DNA of 42,593 bases, taken from NCBI RefSeq assembly GCF_006345805.1, contig NW_021835131.1, positions 1-42,593 of the forward strand, in the 5' to 3' direction. Made by a program: the position numbers and the translations under genes. How positions within the stretch are numbered: the stretch's first letter is position 1; every line of letters begins with the position of its first letter. This DNA is from Octopus sinensis. Its lineage: Eukaryota. Of the stretch, positions 1-12,551 are shown one piece after another. Under the pieces are notes generated by a model. That model was given only the letters and a program-made list of their open reading frames with translations. It was not told the origin of the DNA and searched no databases.

Positions 1-996
1 TTATATTAGATTCACATATTCAGTATATAAAGGGCATCGATTAATATCTGATAAAAAGAATGTGAAGTTTTCAATTACATAACATACAATCTGTGATTTA
101 AAATAAACCTAAGATGGTAACCAACTTAGTGAGTGCTTACACTTATTCTCATCAATTCTGTTCGCTCTGAACCATATCATACATCTGCTTTCGGATGGAA
201 CTCGCATTTGTACGTATTTCCATTTACGTAAACTTGGCTAATTTTCTTCTATTTTCAATTCTGAACATAATGGAAAAATAAAAAGCAAAAATTATGAAAC
301 GCATTTCCTCTATAGAGCATACAGTGCTCTTACATCTACATATCTGAAATGACCTAGCACATGTTTTAGTGACATGCTAAAAGAAACTCGATTTAAGACA
401 GCATGTTTATAAATTTATATCAGTTAGGTTAAACCACACTCTTTAAACGAAAACGGGGGAAGTTAAAACGTTAAACTAATTGAAGACGGAAGAATATTTA
501 CCTACAGATATATATGCAATTAGAAGGTATATTAAGAGAAATCCTGTGAGAAGCATATCAACGGTAAAATGAATCAATTTTGTCAAGCATTTAAGAAATA
601 TCATGCAGTGTTCTTTACATAAGAATCTGTGCATTAAGTTGTTATGTTTAACCTGTATATTCTCTCAAAGCGCAAACTTAATCTTAGACACGTAGCAAGG
701 AGACAAATGTATGTAGCGGTTGCTGTATTGCTTTTAAATATTTTCTCTCTACGCTTCGTATGAAAAATAAGTGTGTGTGTAAGTAAAACTATCAAGGAAG
801 TCTGTATGTAATGGTGCAATTTGATGGATTTAGCGTCAAATCTGCCTAAAATCACACCCTACTGTTTTATATAAAGAAAGGTGCCATTGAGTAGGGCAAT
901 GCTAAATATCTATAAACAGACGCGATGGTCACGGTTAGAATACCTTTAATTACCGGTCAGTTCAATCGGAGCTGATGAGGAGCTAAATGATAAATA

Positions 997-1413
997 TTCT
1001 TTACTCTTTTACTCTTTTACTTGTTTCAGTCATTTGACTGCGGCCATGCTGGAGCACCGCCTTTAGTCGAGAAAATCGACCCCGTGACTTATTCTTTGTA
1101 AGCCCAGTACTTATTCTATCGGTCTCTTTTGCCGAACCGCTAAGTGACGGGGACGCAAACACACCAGCATCGGTTGTCAGGCAATGCTAGGGGGACAAAC
1201 ACAGACACACAAACATACACACAAATACATATATATATATACATATATACGACAGGCTTCTTTCAGTTTTCGTCTACCAAATCCACTCACAAGGCATTGG
1301 TCGGCCCGGGGCTATAGCATAAGACACTTGCCCAAGATGCCACGCAGTGGGACTGAACCCGGAACCATGTGGTTGGTAAGCAAGCTACTTACCACACAGC
1401 CACTCCTGCGCCT
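997..1413 (-). mobile_element. tRNA-headed SINE, family C (CORE-like), full length
   Basis: Minus strand starts AGGCGCAGGAGTGGCTGTGTGG (A box) and has GGTTCAGTCCC (B box), CORE-like CTTGGGCAAGT, an internal TA/TG microsatellite, 3' stem-loop CAGTC-AAAT-GACTG and a (TAAAAGAG)n tail. Many copies in the window. Confidence 0.9.
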
Positions 1414-1724
1414 ATGTAAATTATTCTTTGAAATAAATCTCAGAACTGATCACATGAACATCATCGTTTGTTACGCCATGTTCATTTTAAATCAGTGAGG
1501 AACCCACACATCGTCACTCGAACTGCCAGAAATAGAAGTTAAATCTGCCTCAAAGAAACTTTTCTATCTGAAAAAAAGGGAAAATTGGACAGAGCATTCC
1601 AAGAGTGCTCAATACTTTGAATAATAATGCATGTTACAGTGGGAATTCCTATAATCGAAGGGTTACGGGATCAGGGCTGGCTAATCTGGTGTCAAAATAA
1701 TAGTAGTAATAACACTAATATTTT

Positions 1725-2125
1725 TTCTCTACTCTAGAAACAAGGCCCGAAATTTTTGGGGTGGGGCCACTCGATTAGATCGATCCCAGTACGCATCTGG
1801 TACTTGATTTATCGACTCCGAAAGGATGAAAGGCAAAGTCAACCTCGGCGGAATTTGAACTCAGAACATAAAGACAGACGAAATACCTATTTCTATTTCT
1901 TTACTACTCACAAGGGGCTTAACATAGAGGGGACAAACAAGGACAGACATAGGTATTAAGTCGATTACATCGATCCCAGTGCGCAACTGGTACTTAATTT
2001 ATCGACCCCGAAAGGGTGAAAGGCAAAGTCGACCTCGGTGGAATTTGAACTCAGAACGTAACGGCAGACGAAATACGGCTACGCATTCGCCCGGCGTGAT
2101 AACGATTCTGCCAGCACACCGCCTT
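1725..2125 (-). mobile_element. tRNA-headed SINE, family B, dimer
   Basis: Head GGCGGTGTGCTGGCAG..GAGTTCAAATTCC and body GCCTTTCAYCCTT(T)CGGRGTCGATAAAT, present twice. Junction at 1887/1888. Confidence 0.88.
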
Positions 2126-2261
2126 ATAATAACAGTAATATTAACAGTAAGACTAAGTGAGATGAGAATCTTGTGGCCATGTTTCCTCGTGTGGAGTAAC
2201 AACCCCTTGTCACTGGGTGAGGAAGATTGAAGTGTACGTGGTTGAATATTCAAATGATGTG

Positions 2262-2647
2262 GAACTCCGTCGGTTCCGACGACGGGGGTTCCAGTTGATC
2301 CAATCAACGGAACAGTTTGTTTGTGAAATTAACGTGCAGGTTGCTGAGCACTCCACATTCACGTGTATCCTTAACGTAATTCTCGGGGAGATTCAGCGTG
2401 ACACAAAGTGTGACAAGGCTGGCCTTTTGAAATACAGGTACAACAGAAACAGGAAGAAAGAGTGAGAAAAAGTTGTGGTGAAAAAGTACAGCAGGGTTCG
2501 CCACCTGAAGCTCCACGAGACTCTGGCAGGTGCCTCGTGGAGCTTTAGGTGTTTTCGCTCAATAAACACTCACAACGCCCGGGCTGGGAATCGAAACCGC
2601 GATCCTACGACCGCGAGCCCGCTGCCCTAACCACTTGGCCGTTGCGT
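2262..2647 (-). mobile_element. tRNA-headed SINE, family A, near full length
   Basis: Reverse complement of the 9757-10140 copy (head ..GGCCAAGTGGTTAGGGCAGCGG..GTTTCGATTCCC; tail ..CGTCGTCGGAACCGACGGAG). Confidence 0.88.
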
Positions 2648-3759
2648 ACAATTTTAAATTAAAGGTTCAATCCACCTGATACGCTCCTAAAAATGACAGT
2701 TTCTGTCATACAATATCACTCACAAAATATGGGTCGTTTCGAGGTTATAGAACCGAGAACATCTCAAGGTACCACGCAGTGAGACCGAACCCGGGACTTC
2801 GTTGTTGCAGAATGAACTTGTTAATCATTCATCAATACTCACCATGTATCATAAAAGGTATTCAACAGTATTATAAAACATGTCATAAAACATACGGTAT
2901 TGATTACCCTGAAAGGGAAATATTTCTAAGGCTGAATATTGAAGTCTTTGACATTACAGATTACAACAGTTTTCTTATTTTATAAGGTACTATGATTAAC
3001 TTTGCCAGCAATGACAAACATTTCTACAGTCTTTTGATAAATTTATTATTCAATCCGAAAGATATCTGAGACTTATGAAGCCAGATGAGAACAATAAATT
3101 GGACTTATGTCAATTAAGTATGGGTGATACAGCAGCAATTTATACAAAATATTGTGGCTTAAGATTACCAAATCCAAGCCTGGAAAGGATATTACATACA
3201 ATTCAGGATCAAATCTTTTTTTATTGCATCTGATATGTAGCAGAACAGCGTGAAACAACAGTCTAAACTATCGATTAGTAGCTTTATCAGATCTTTTATG
3301 GAAATATAAAAACAAATGTCAATCCTATAAGCGAAATTTCTTATCTCATGTGCGCAGGTAAGCTGTATCGGCGCAGATCGACGGCCTTTCCCTTGCAATC
3401 TTATCGGTAGCATGAAGAAAAGTAATTTCAATGCAGGAGTAACATTCGCTGACACATGGTTAAATTTGATCGAGGGACGACCGAGGATGTTGCACATGCA
3501 CCCAAGTTGTGAGTGCGTTGCTTCTTATAGCAGAAACAGCTGTTTGCTAATGAGTGTGTTTATGTAAGTCTTATTGTTTTGTCATTCATTAATTGACATT
3601 ACGCTTAGTACTCATCTTATGCTTTAGCTATGACTATATCGAGTTGTAACTGATTATTTGTATCACTATACCTAAGCTAAATGATATGACACACGCGCAC
3701 GTGCCGCGCACACATGTGTATGTATGTATGTATATATATGAGAGTGTATATATATATAT

Positions 3760-3952
3760 GTGACCGCGTGTGTACCGTTGGCGATTTTTTTCATCTGTCT
3801 TCCCTTCTCTGGATCTTTCCTTCTCTTATGTTTCCGACGAAGAGCTCCGCTCGAAACGTTAAACCCTCCTTCTTTCCTGAGCGTCCAATAATACTATATT
3901 TGTTCCACAACCTCACGTTGTTGTGATTTTTTGTGCTTTCATGTTTGGATTA

Positions 3953-3955
<3 letters not shown>
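3760..3955 (+). mobile_element. Short hammerhead-bearing Penelope-like terminal repeat fragment (family D), copy 1
   Basis: About 200 bp, closely similar to 40580-40786, embedded in (TA)n. Contains the hammerhead motif at 3830-3864. Confidence 0.7.
3830..3864 (+). ncRNA. Minimal type I hammerhead ribozyme motif with U4C core mutation
   Basis: GTTT-CCGACGA-A-GAGC-TCC-GCTC-GAAA-CG-TT-AAAC. Stem I GTTT/AAAC, stem II GAGC/GCTC. Core reads CCGACGA rather than CTGACGA. Confidence 0.7.
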
Positions 3956-3956
<1 letters not shown>

Positions 3957-4022
<66 letters not shown>

Positions 4023-4040
4023 TGCGTGTGTGTATGTGTA
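3957..4040. repeat. (TA)n-(TG)n microsatellite
   Basis: Direct inspection. Confidence 0.95.
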
Positions 4041-5674
4041 ACAAGAACGATGAAACAAGATGAACTACTAAATCAATGGACGGTACACCGTTGATTTCTT
4101 GAGTTTTGAAGATCCATTCATTAAATGGTCGTATTTAAATCTGCACGTCGTCTAACACTGGAAGACCAGTTTATTTATTATGCGTGTAAAAAATAATCAA
4201 CAATCTCTACTGTTCAAAATAGTTCTTTAGTTCAAAAGGTTCTAAAGAAGAAAATACTCTCCTTAACCCAATGTCTTGAGCCTGTTTACAACAGAGTATT
4301 GTCTTATACTCTCTCCAGGCCATTTACCTCGAGTCCCTGAAGCCAAGACCGAAGATAGGTCGGATGAAAATTCGTACCTTTGGATACGTTGCTGTTGTAC
4401 TTAAATAAATAGAGCTATTCACACGATAATAATGTCAAAATCATTTTGGAAGCAGAGGAAGGATACGTTATCAATTTATCGGTGTATTACAATTGTAGCA
4501 GACGATCCTATCTCGTGAAAAAGAATTAGAAGATTGCTTGCCTATTTGTATCACTATGTCCGAATAATAAACAATGGCTGCTTCTTTTTGTTATATTTTA
4601 CGTTGTTAATTACTAGGTTTTGTTTTACGCATCCATTATTTAAGCTTTTTGGAAATTTCTTTTAAATGCTCTTTCTTTGTCTTGTACGGTATAATATTGG
4701 ATGTTCTATAATTGTCTTATATTGTTAATGTTAATTACTATCGGTAGGTTTATGCGAGATCACGAGAGTCCCGTGGACATGCGTGCTCTCTGCATATTGT
4801 AAACATGTGAATGAAATGATTTCGTTCGCAGACAATTTCTGAATTATGAAATGTTTCTATGCTTAGATAGGGACTTGTTGGAATTGCGGGATACAACATA
4901 CAATAACTACAGACGCAACAACAAGAACAGCAACAGCAACTGCCAAAACAACAACAATCACAACTACAACAACATCAATTAGAACACCAACTGGTTAAAA
5001 GCTTAGCAGCTTTGTTCAGTGATTGGTCACGAAATGGAATAGATAATTACAATTCCCGAACCGTTGCGTAATTGACTAATTGTTTGTATGAATCCTAACG
5101 AGAGAATCACAATACAAGGTTCGACTACATTATAGAATCTCTCCTTCAAAACGTCTCACATCACGGATGTATTTACCAGGAAAAAAAAGATAAAGAAAAC
5201 AGAGCTTAATAGACGTAAACATATTTCTAGAAAACAACTCGGGATGTATGGCATCAGCCGAAAATCTCAAAGAAAGCTGAATATCATGGTGTCAAATTCC
5301 TATCTTGGAATTTAAAATAATATATATTTTGTTATTATGTAACCCTAGTTCAAGCTTGATCAAGTATATCTTTAATCATTAGCATTATCACGTTGACCAT
5401 TTCGTCTATTATCCAGACATTGTTTAAACTCAGGTCAGTGGTAATTGTGCAGGCAAATGATCGAATGCTTCCCAGCATATCCTTCCTTTTGTAATATGTT
5501 AGAATGTGTTTTGATGTAGATTTGGTTGTTATTTCTAGCATTCTGTGGGACAACTTAGCGAAACCTTCCTTTTTTTATTCGCAAGTATGGATGGAATAAA
5601 GTTAAATACAGATACTAAAAATAATTCGACAAATTCAGCACCAACTATAGTAATCTTTATCATTTAAGTTCAAA

Positions 5675-5875
5675 GCCTGCAGTATTGAGGGTAGCGGATT
5701 AATCGATAGCATCAACTCCGTGTTTTTTTTTTTTAGCTGGTCCTTTATTTAATCGAACTAGATAGGAGAAAAGACAAAGTTGACCTCGGTGGAAGAATAA
5801 GAGCCTACATCGTCGGAGTGACGCTATTGAATCCCTCAAAGTATTTTGTCCGACGCGCCAATGCGTCTGCCAGTC
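5675..5875 (-). mobile_element. Degenerate family B SINE
   Basis: Plus strand shows AAAGACAAAGTTGACCTCGGTGGAA and GCGTCTGCCAG, diverged versions of the family B body and head. Confidence 0.6.
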
Positions 5876-5934
5876 ATCAAGCTATGTTTCAGAGATATAT
5901 TTGAAATGCGATATCACTTCATGAAGGTTTTTTG

Positions 5935-6065
5935 CTTTAGTGGTTAAGGTATTGCTCTCACAATTGTATGATTGTGGTTTCGATTCCCAGCCTGAGTGTT
6001 GTGCTGCGTTCTTGAGCAACACACATCATTTCACATCACTCCGGTCCCCTTAGCTGTTACTGAGT
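5935..6065 (+). mobile_element. Old tRNA-headed CORE-like SINE head (family A')
   Basis: TTAGTGGTTAAGG..GGTTTCGATTCCC..CTTGAGCAAC..TTTCAC matches the head of 39870-40174. A family B copy follows immediately. Confidence 0.6.
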
Positions 6066-6079
6066 CTCAGCATGAACTG

Positions 6080-6295
6080 GGAACGAGCTGGCAGAAACGT
6101 TAGCACGCCGGGCGAAATGCTTAGCAATATTTCGTCTGCATCTACGTTCTGAGTTCAAATTCCGCCGAGGTCGACTTTACCTTTCATCCTTTCGGGGTCG
6201 ATAAATTAAGTACCAGTTACGCACTGGGGTCGATGTAATCGACTTCATTCCTTTGTCTGTCCCCTCTATGTTTAGTCTCTTGTGGGCAATAAAAA
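6080..6295 (+). mobile_element. Family B SINE
   Basis: GAGCTGGCAGAAACGTTAGCACGCCGGGCGAAATG..GAGTTCAAATTCCGCCGAGGTCGAC..TTGTGGGCAATAAA. Confidence 0.88.
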
Positions 6296-6895
6296 TTAAT
6301 AATAAATAGATAAATAAGAATTGGGAAGTTAATTCTGCGACAGACCTGTGTCCCGTTCAGGAGTGGGGATTGTAATCTCAGTCCCTTATGCGATATGGAG
6401 GGGTACTTATGCCCCGTCCTTCCCTATGGTTCATGACAGACCTATAGTTTCACATGTTACTCTGAGGACATCGGTACGACTTTGGGTTGTACGGCTTTCA
6501 AAACTACGCTAAATGCCAAGACCATTCGTCAACCGTCATCTTCGACATCTCTGTTACCAAGCACCTACATCTTTAATCAATACTTCATGGAATCCTGACT
6601 CTGGTGACTATTTTACTTTGTCTAATACTTGACTATTGACCCAATTATTTTTTATCAACTCCGTAGTGCCATTATTGTAAACCTTATCATACTTTTCAAA
6701 AATAAATAAATTGACAAACCTGTTTGTTTTACTTGCTGGTTTCGACTAGGGACTGCTTCCTTGTCATGCAGCTACTGTAACAATACATATTGAGGAAACC
6801 CTAGTACGATATAGTATTTGGTACAGATATGTTACCTAAACTGTAGATTCTTTCAAAAACTAGTGGTAGGGCGATATAAAACAATTTGGTATTCA

Positions 6896-7465
6896 GGCGG
6901 CGAGCTGGCAGAATCGTTAGCATGCTGGGCGAAATGCATAGTCGTATTTCGTCTGCCGCTACGTTCTGAGTTCAAATTCCGCCGAGGTCGACTTTGCCTT
7001 TCATCCTTTCGGGGTCGATTAAATAAGTTCCAGTTACGCACTGGGCTCGATATAATCGACTTAATCCCTTTGTCTGTCCTTGTTTGTCCTCTCTGTGTTT
7101 AGCCCCTTGTAGGTAGTAAAGAAATAGGTATTTCTTTCGGCTCTTTACGTTCATAGTTCAAATTCCTCGGAAATATACTTTGCTTTTTGTCCTTCTGAGG
7201 TCGAAATAACAAGTACCAGTTGAACACTGATGTCGATATAATTGATTTACCCCTTCCCCGAAATTGTTTACCTTGTGCCAAAATTTCAAACTAATATTCA
7301 AGAATTCTAAGTTGGCTTCGCAGAATTATTAGCGGGTCAGGCAAAATGCTTAATGGTATTTCTCACAGTTTTTTACGTTCTCAGTTCAAATTCCGCTGAG
7401 ATCGACTTTGCTAATCGTCGTTCCGAACTCGTTAAAACAAGTACCAATTAAGTACTTGGGTCGAT
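6896..7465 (+). mobile_element. Family B SINE cluster (full copy 6896-7126, then older partial copies)
   Basis: Full head and tail, then the junction GAAATA|GGTATTTC at 7126/7127 into a diverged body. A further degenerate copy lies at about 7310-7465. Confidence 0.82.
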
Positions 7466-7944
7466 GTATTTCCACAAAATTAAATACAAAGAATTCTGAA
7501 AGGCATGAACAATCCACATTTTCATGTGTGTGTGTGTGTGTTGGTGTTTTTCTACATCGAAGAGCAATAAGAGAATACAACATTTTACCGAAGTTCTAAT
7601 TAGAAGTAAGAAGTCTTTGTCATAACTTTGTATTAAGGGTTGATATTAAATATTTTCTTAGTGTGGTACCAAGCTACAAACATTGAATGAGTAAATGCAT
7701 AACAGTTTGTTATTATCACAGTCTTTTCTAGTGCATAATTAAAATTAATTGGCTTCACCTTAAGTCTAGAATCAATAGTAACTCACCTTGTGCAATTTTT
7801 CCACGGCACTAGTTCCAAATAAACACAGTTCAATATTCATCGTTACCACATTGAATTTTAAATTTTAAATTAACAATTATGTTGATAATGGTAATGATAA
7901 AAGATAGCGACGATGTTCTAGATAATAATGGTTCTGCAAATGGC

Positions 7945-8085
7945 GATGATGATGATGATGGTGATGATGGTGATGATGATGATGGTGATGATGGTGATGA
8001 TGATGATGGTGATAATGATGATGATGATGATGATGATGATGGTGATGATGATAATGATGATGATGATGATGATGAAGATAATGAT
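7945..8085. repeat. (GAT)n microsatellite
   Basis: Direct inspection. Accounts for the poly-D and poly-I ORFs. Confidence 0.95.
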
Positions 8086-8114
8086 CCTATAAATTACAAG
8101 AAGTAAAAATATCA

Positions 8115-8365
8115 ACACCGGTTGTCTAATGGCGGCGGAGGGCAAACATAGACACAAAGACAAACACACACACACACACACGCACACACACACACACACA
8201 CACACAGACCCCTCCCTCACACACACACATACGACGGGCTGCATTCAGTCTCTGCCTATCGAATCCACTTACAAGGTCTTAGTGGGCCCGAGGTTATAGC
8301 AGAAGACGCTTGTTCAAAGTGCTACGCAGTGGGACTGAACCTGGAAACATGTAGTTGGGAAGTAA
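8115..8365 (-). mobile_element. Family C SINE, partial
   Basis: ACGACGGGC..TTCAGTC..ATCCACTTACAAGG..GCAGTGGGACTGAACC with internal (CA)n. Confidence 0.8.
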
Positions 8366-9110
8366 GTATGTTTTTTTTTTTTTTGAGAGTTGAAACCGGT
8401 CGTGAAAAAAAGGAACGAGACTTTTTGAGTCAAGGGAGTTGCCGTTGTTTGCAAATATGTGGTTGAGTTGGTGAGTTGGTGAGTTTCGAACCGCCTATGC
8501 ACACAATCAAGTGTGTGCATATATTTGTTTAAAGAACCTTATATAAAGAATCTTTGGAATGTCTTACAAATTTACACTTTAACTCTAATAGACAGGATTT
8601 GGAGAATGCGGATCTGTTTCTTTTACTCTTTCTTTGAAAAACCTAGTATTTCTAGATTTTGTTTCTATAAATTTATATATACATAGCCTAAAGCACATGT
8701 TTTTAAAAGATTTATTTATGATTGTCTTGAGGAGAACACAAAACGATCAATAACATAGTTGCAAAGCGCATTTGTTTTAAGCAACAGAATTATTGAGGTT
8801 TGTGAATATCTGCTTCGGTTGACGAATAGTTATATGCGTTTATGTTTTGAGTAGATGGCACCATGTGCGCGTGAATGGAGTTAAACTGAATGTGTGCGTA
8901 TGTATATGCATGTCAATTTAATAACTAGCTGAGTCAGAACCTCATAACTCAAAAGGTTTCATACGCTTAAATATGTATCTATATCTTCAGACGTACGGGT
9001 TTCTTGTTATTTAATATCAATCAATTTCAAATGTGTGTGTTGAATGCTACATTCTTTCGTTTGCTTGCCCTCTAGGGTACATAAATCATACATGCATACG
9101 TATATAAGTT

Positions 9111-9152
<42 letters not shown>

Positions 9153-9154
9153 CA

Positions 9155-9731
9155 CACAGACATGCAAGAAATAAATAGACCCGTTTAATTTTCGAAATTT
9201 CTGATCAAAGCGTCTTAATATGTTTTCAGCGGTGTAGAATTTACAATGTAATTATTCTTTTTCATTTCAGATGTCATTATATTAAACATTTGTGAAGAGA
9301 AACCATGCCACACGCAAAAAATTCAGTAGAACTGTCAGATTTTCAAAGAGGTCGTATTGTTGGGCAATGTGAGGCCGGACTTGGCCAGCGAAAAATTGCC
9401 AAAAATCTTCAAATTCCTCTTTCTACTATTAATAGAATTATAGTGCAATTCAAAGCCAAGGAGGAGATTCAACAGATTCTCGTCCCGGCACACCTGCGCC
9501 CTCAGAAAGGAAGCTTCGCTGTTTGAAGAGAACTGTAGAAAACGAATCCCGTTCGAAGGCTTTCGACATTGCAAAACAGCTAGAAGTTAGTCCAAGAACG
9601 TGTGTTACACATCTGCATAAGCTTGGGTATTATGGACGAGCAGCTAGAAGAAAACCTCTCCTTCAACCAATTAATAGCAAATGAAAGATTTTGAAAATTA
9701 AAGGTGCCTATATATTTCCTGCATGTCTGTG
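9155..9731 (+). mobile_element. Internally deleted Tc1-family DNA transposon
   Basis: Imperfect TIRs of about 44 bp (CACAGACATGCAAGAAATAAATAGAC..TTTAATTTTC and its reverse complement at about 9688-9731), in TA-repeat context. Confidence 0.85.
9305..9683 (+). pseudogene. Tc1 transposase N-terminal HTH domains only, frameshifted
   Basis: ELSDFQRGRIVG..QRKIAKNLQIPLSTINRIIVQFK, then after a frameshift ..LHKLGYYGRAARRKPLL. The DDE domain is absent. Confidence 0.88.
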
Positions 9732-9756
9732 TATATATGTTCTTGTATATATATGT

Positions 9757-10140
9757 GGAGGCGCAATGGCCCAGTGGTTAGGGCAGCGAACTCGCGATCA
9801 TAGGATTGCGGTTTCGATTCCCAGACCGGGCGTTGTGTGTGTTTATTGAGCGAAAACACCTAAAAGCTCCACGAGGCTCCGGCAGAGGATGGTGGTGGTC
9901 CCTGCTGTACTCTTTCACCACAATTTTCTCTCACTCTTACTTCCTGTTTCTGTTGTACCTGTATTTCAAAGGGCCGGCCTTGTCACTCTCTGTGTCACGC
10001 TGAATATCCCCGAGAACTACGTTAAGGGTACACGTGTCTGTGGAGTGCTCAGCCACTTACACGTTAATTTCACGAGCAGGCTGTTCCGTTGATTCGGATC
10101 AACCAGAACCCTCGTCGTCGTAACCGACGGAGTGCTTCCA
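9757..10140 (+). mobile_element. tRNA-headed SINE, family A, full length
   Basis: GGAGGCGCAATGGCCCAGTGGTTAGG (A box) and GTTTCGATTCCC (B box). Ends CGTCGTCGTAACCGACGGAGTGCTTCCA. Flanked by (TA)n. Confidence 0.9.
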
Positions 10141-10229
10141 TATATATGTACATATATATATGTATGTATATCTCTATACATACCCCCCACACACACACTC
10201 TCACACACATATATATATGTATGTGTGTG

Positions 10230-10350
10230 TGGGTTCAGTCCCACTGCATGTCACGTTGAGCAAGTAACGTCTACTATAGCTACGGACCGACCAAACAACC
10301 AAATCCTTGTGAGTGGATTTGGTAGACGGAAACTGAAAAAAAGACTCTCG

Positions 10351-10352
<2 letters not shown>
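10230..10352 (+). mobile_element. Family C SINE fragment
   Basis: GGGTTCAGTCCCACTGC..TTGTGAGTGGATTTGGTAGACGGAAACTGAAA. Confidence 0.8.
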
Positions 10353-10391
<39 letters not shown>

Positions 10392-10600
10392 ATAGAAATA
10401 TTTTACAAAAAGAAAATAGAAACTACACTTGGGAATGTAAGGGGAAAGTAAGAAGAAAAATAAGCGAAAATACACATTGGAAATCAAAAACAGTAATGGT
10501 TTTTTATGAAAAGTAACAATAGATATATATAATTAGATGAACTGAGGTAGGAATAAAAGTAATAAAAGTCATTATTGTGAATTGTTAAAGAGATTCAAAA

Positions 10601-10644
<44 letters not shown>

Positions 10645-11119
10645 GTATATATGAATGTGTGTATGTGTGTGAATCTGATAGTATTTGTATGTGTGATTGT
10701 ATGTATGGGTTTAAATATGTTGAAGGTGTTATGCGTGTCAGACGGCGGGTTTTTTTGACTGGTTGCTTGTCAAACGAATGAGATATCGAAGGAGGTGATT
10801 TAATATAGAGTATGTTGTTTGCAGTTCTAAAATAATGCACTAGTATTGAGAGATGAACGGACAAGTTAGAAATATGTATTCAAAGGGAGAAAAATATATA
10901 GTTGTTGTATGAGAAAGTGAAACTAATTGCGTGAAGGGGAGAGAAAGAAAGGAGAACGAGGTCACACGGTCAGACTTTAGAGTTGGGGGTAAGGAAAAAC
11001 ATGCAAAATCAAAACAACTATTGATAGAGATCAATGATTGGAAGTGAGGCAGAGTAGGAAATTGAAATAATAGAAATATAAAATTCATATGAGGGTAAGG
11101 ACATGTAAATATATATTGG

Positions 11120-11121
11120 TA

Positions 11122-11213
<92 letters not shown>
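11120..11213. repeat. (TATC)n microsatellite
   Basis: Direct inspection. Confidence 0.95.
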
Positions 11214-11214
<1 letters not shown>

Positions 11215-11217
11215 CCC

Positions 11218-11684
11218 TTAAAAAAGATGGGTGAATGTAGCAAGGATGGCACGTATGAATGACGAAGCCACCTTGACTATGATTCTATGAACCGTAAAAA
11301 TTAATACAGAGAGTTGCTTATTTGCAAAAAAAAAGAAATATAACATGTGACTTCATTGACCGAGGTTACCGTGGTCTTTTCCGAAGGCTTTTCTTTCCAC
11401 GGGTAAATCTCACCTGTCCTCTCCTTTACACTTCATATTGACATTTCTGTGATAACGATCCCTATTGATCAATTTTTTTTCCTCTCCCTTTTTTTTTCCT
11501 CTCCCCCTCTTTAAAAAATTTTTTAATTTTTTATTTTATTCCCCCTTTTTTTGTCCTCTTTCTTTCCCTTTACGATCCCTTTTGATCGAAAACCAAACCC
11601 CCTTTTTTTACCCCCAAAAGAAAAGCTCTACCTTGTAATTTGTCCTGTCTGTGTGCAGCCCTGTGTGGCTAATAAAGAAACATA
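11218..11684 (+). mobile_element. 3' end of a LINE (probably L1/Tx1 clade): last ORF2 codons plus 3' UTR
   Basis: KKRWVNVARMARMNDEATLTMIL* resembles the L1/Tx1 ORF2 terminal 'F..RW' motif. Followed by a pyrimidine-rich UTR and AATAAA near the end, and begins right after (TATC)n. Clade assignment is from memory. Confidence 0.55.
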
Positions 11685-11722
11685 TCTCCCTGTCTCTATG
11701 TATATGCACACACACATATATA

Positions 11723-11766
<44 letters not shown>

Positions 11767-11767
11767 T

Positions 11768-11814
<47 letters not shown>

Positions 11815-12300
11815 TATATTATATATATATAATCAAAATAAGCAACAAGTATATCCGAGGTGGAGCAGTACAATTGTTTCATGCTACTTCATTTTATTAA
11901 ACGCTGTAAGCATTACATCAGTTTTAAAATGTCGAGCAATTTTCAGCCACTTATAGGATTTTCCAATCAAACGGATGATGTACATTCTTATCTCTATTTC
12001 ATTTGCCAACATTATAAAGAGGATAGATATATAGACAGAGAGGTTGATTTCATACTTAAGAACATGATAGTAGTAACTTCACTCTTTGACTGTAGATTTT
12101 ATCATTGAATTTACTTTGTTATTTAGATCTGTCAGTGAGGAGGGGGATTTTACTTTTGGTTGGATGGAGACGAAGAATATTTTCTATTTATAGATATAGG
12201 AAGGGGTAGTACAAATGTTAGAACCATAAACCTATTCCCATTTTGAGGAATTCAGTTAAGACACATTTGAATGTATTATAACAAAAATAGACTTAAACAT

Positions 12301-12551
12301 AAGGCGGGTTGCACAACACTGTCCAGTAAAATTTGGGAACTGAAAGAAAAAATATCGAATTTAACCTAAAATGGGATATAATAAGAAAGGCATAGCCTTA
12401 TAAAAATAGTAGGGATGGATGTGAACTTTGTTTTATGGAGACATATGGAAGTTTAAAAGATAGGAATAAAACAAACTTTTTGAATAACCGTTCCGAACTG
12501 GGATTATCTTGTATACATTCTGCTACACGTACGTTTAAGTATTTTAAATAA
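12301..12551 (+). pseudogene. C-terminal part of a PLE GIY-YIG endonuclease
   Basis: CTTLSSKIWELKEK/NIEFNLKWDIIRKA*PYKNSRDGCELCFMETY..FLNNRSELGLSCIH. Matches the T.LS..IW.LK..W.I....PY....C.LC..E...LN.RSE...C.H pattern of PLE endonucleases. One frameshift and one stop. Confidence 0.8.

Noticed and set aside
6731-6775. Hammerhead candidate on the minus strand (stem GACAAGG/CCTAGTC then GAAACCAG)
   Set aside because: The 5' core reads CTGCAT rather than CTGANGA, there is no UH triplet and no stem I. At best a very old remnant.
8950-8993. Minus-strand CTGAAGA..GAAA motif
   Set aside because: Stems I and III do not form; consistent with chance.
9757-9830. tRNA genes at the SINE heads
   Set aside because: A and B boxes are present, but each continues into a SINE body without an oligo-T terminator, and I could not fold a complete cloverleaf.
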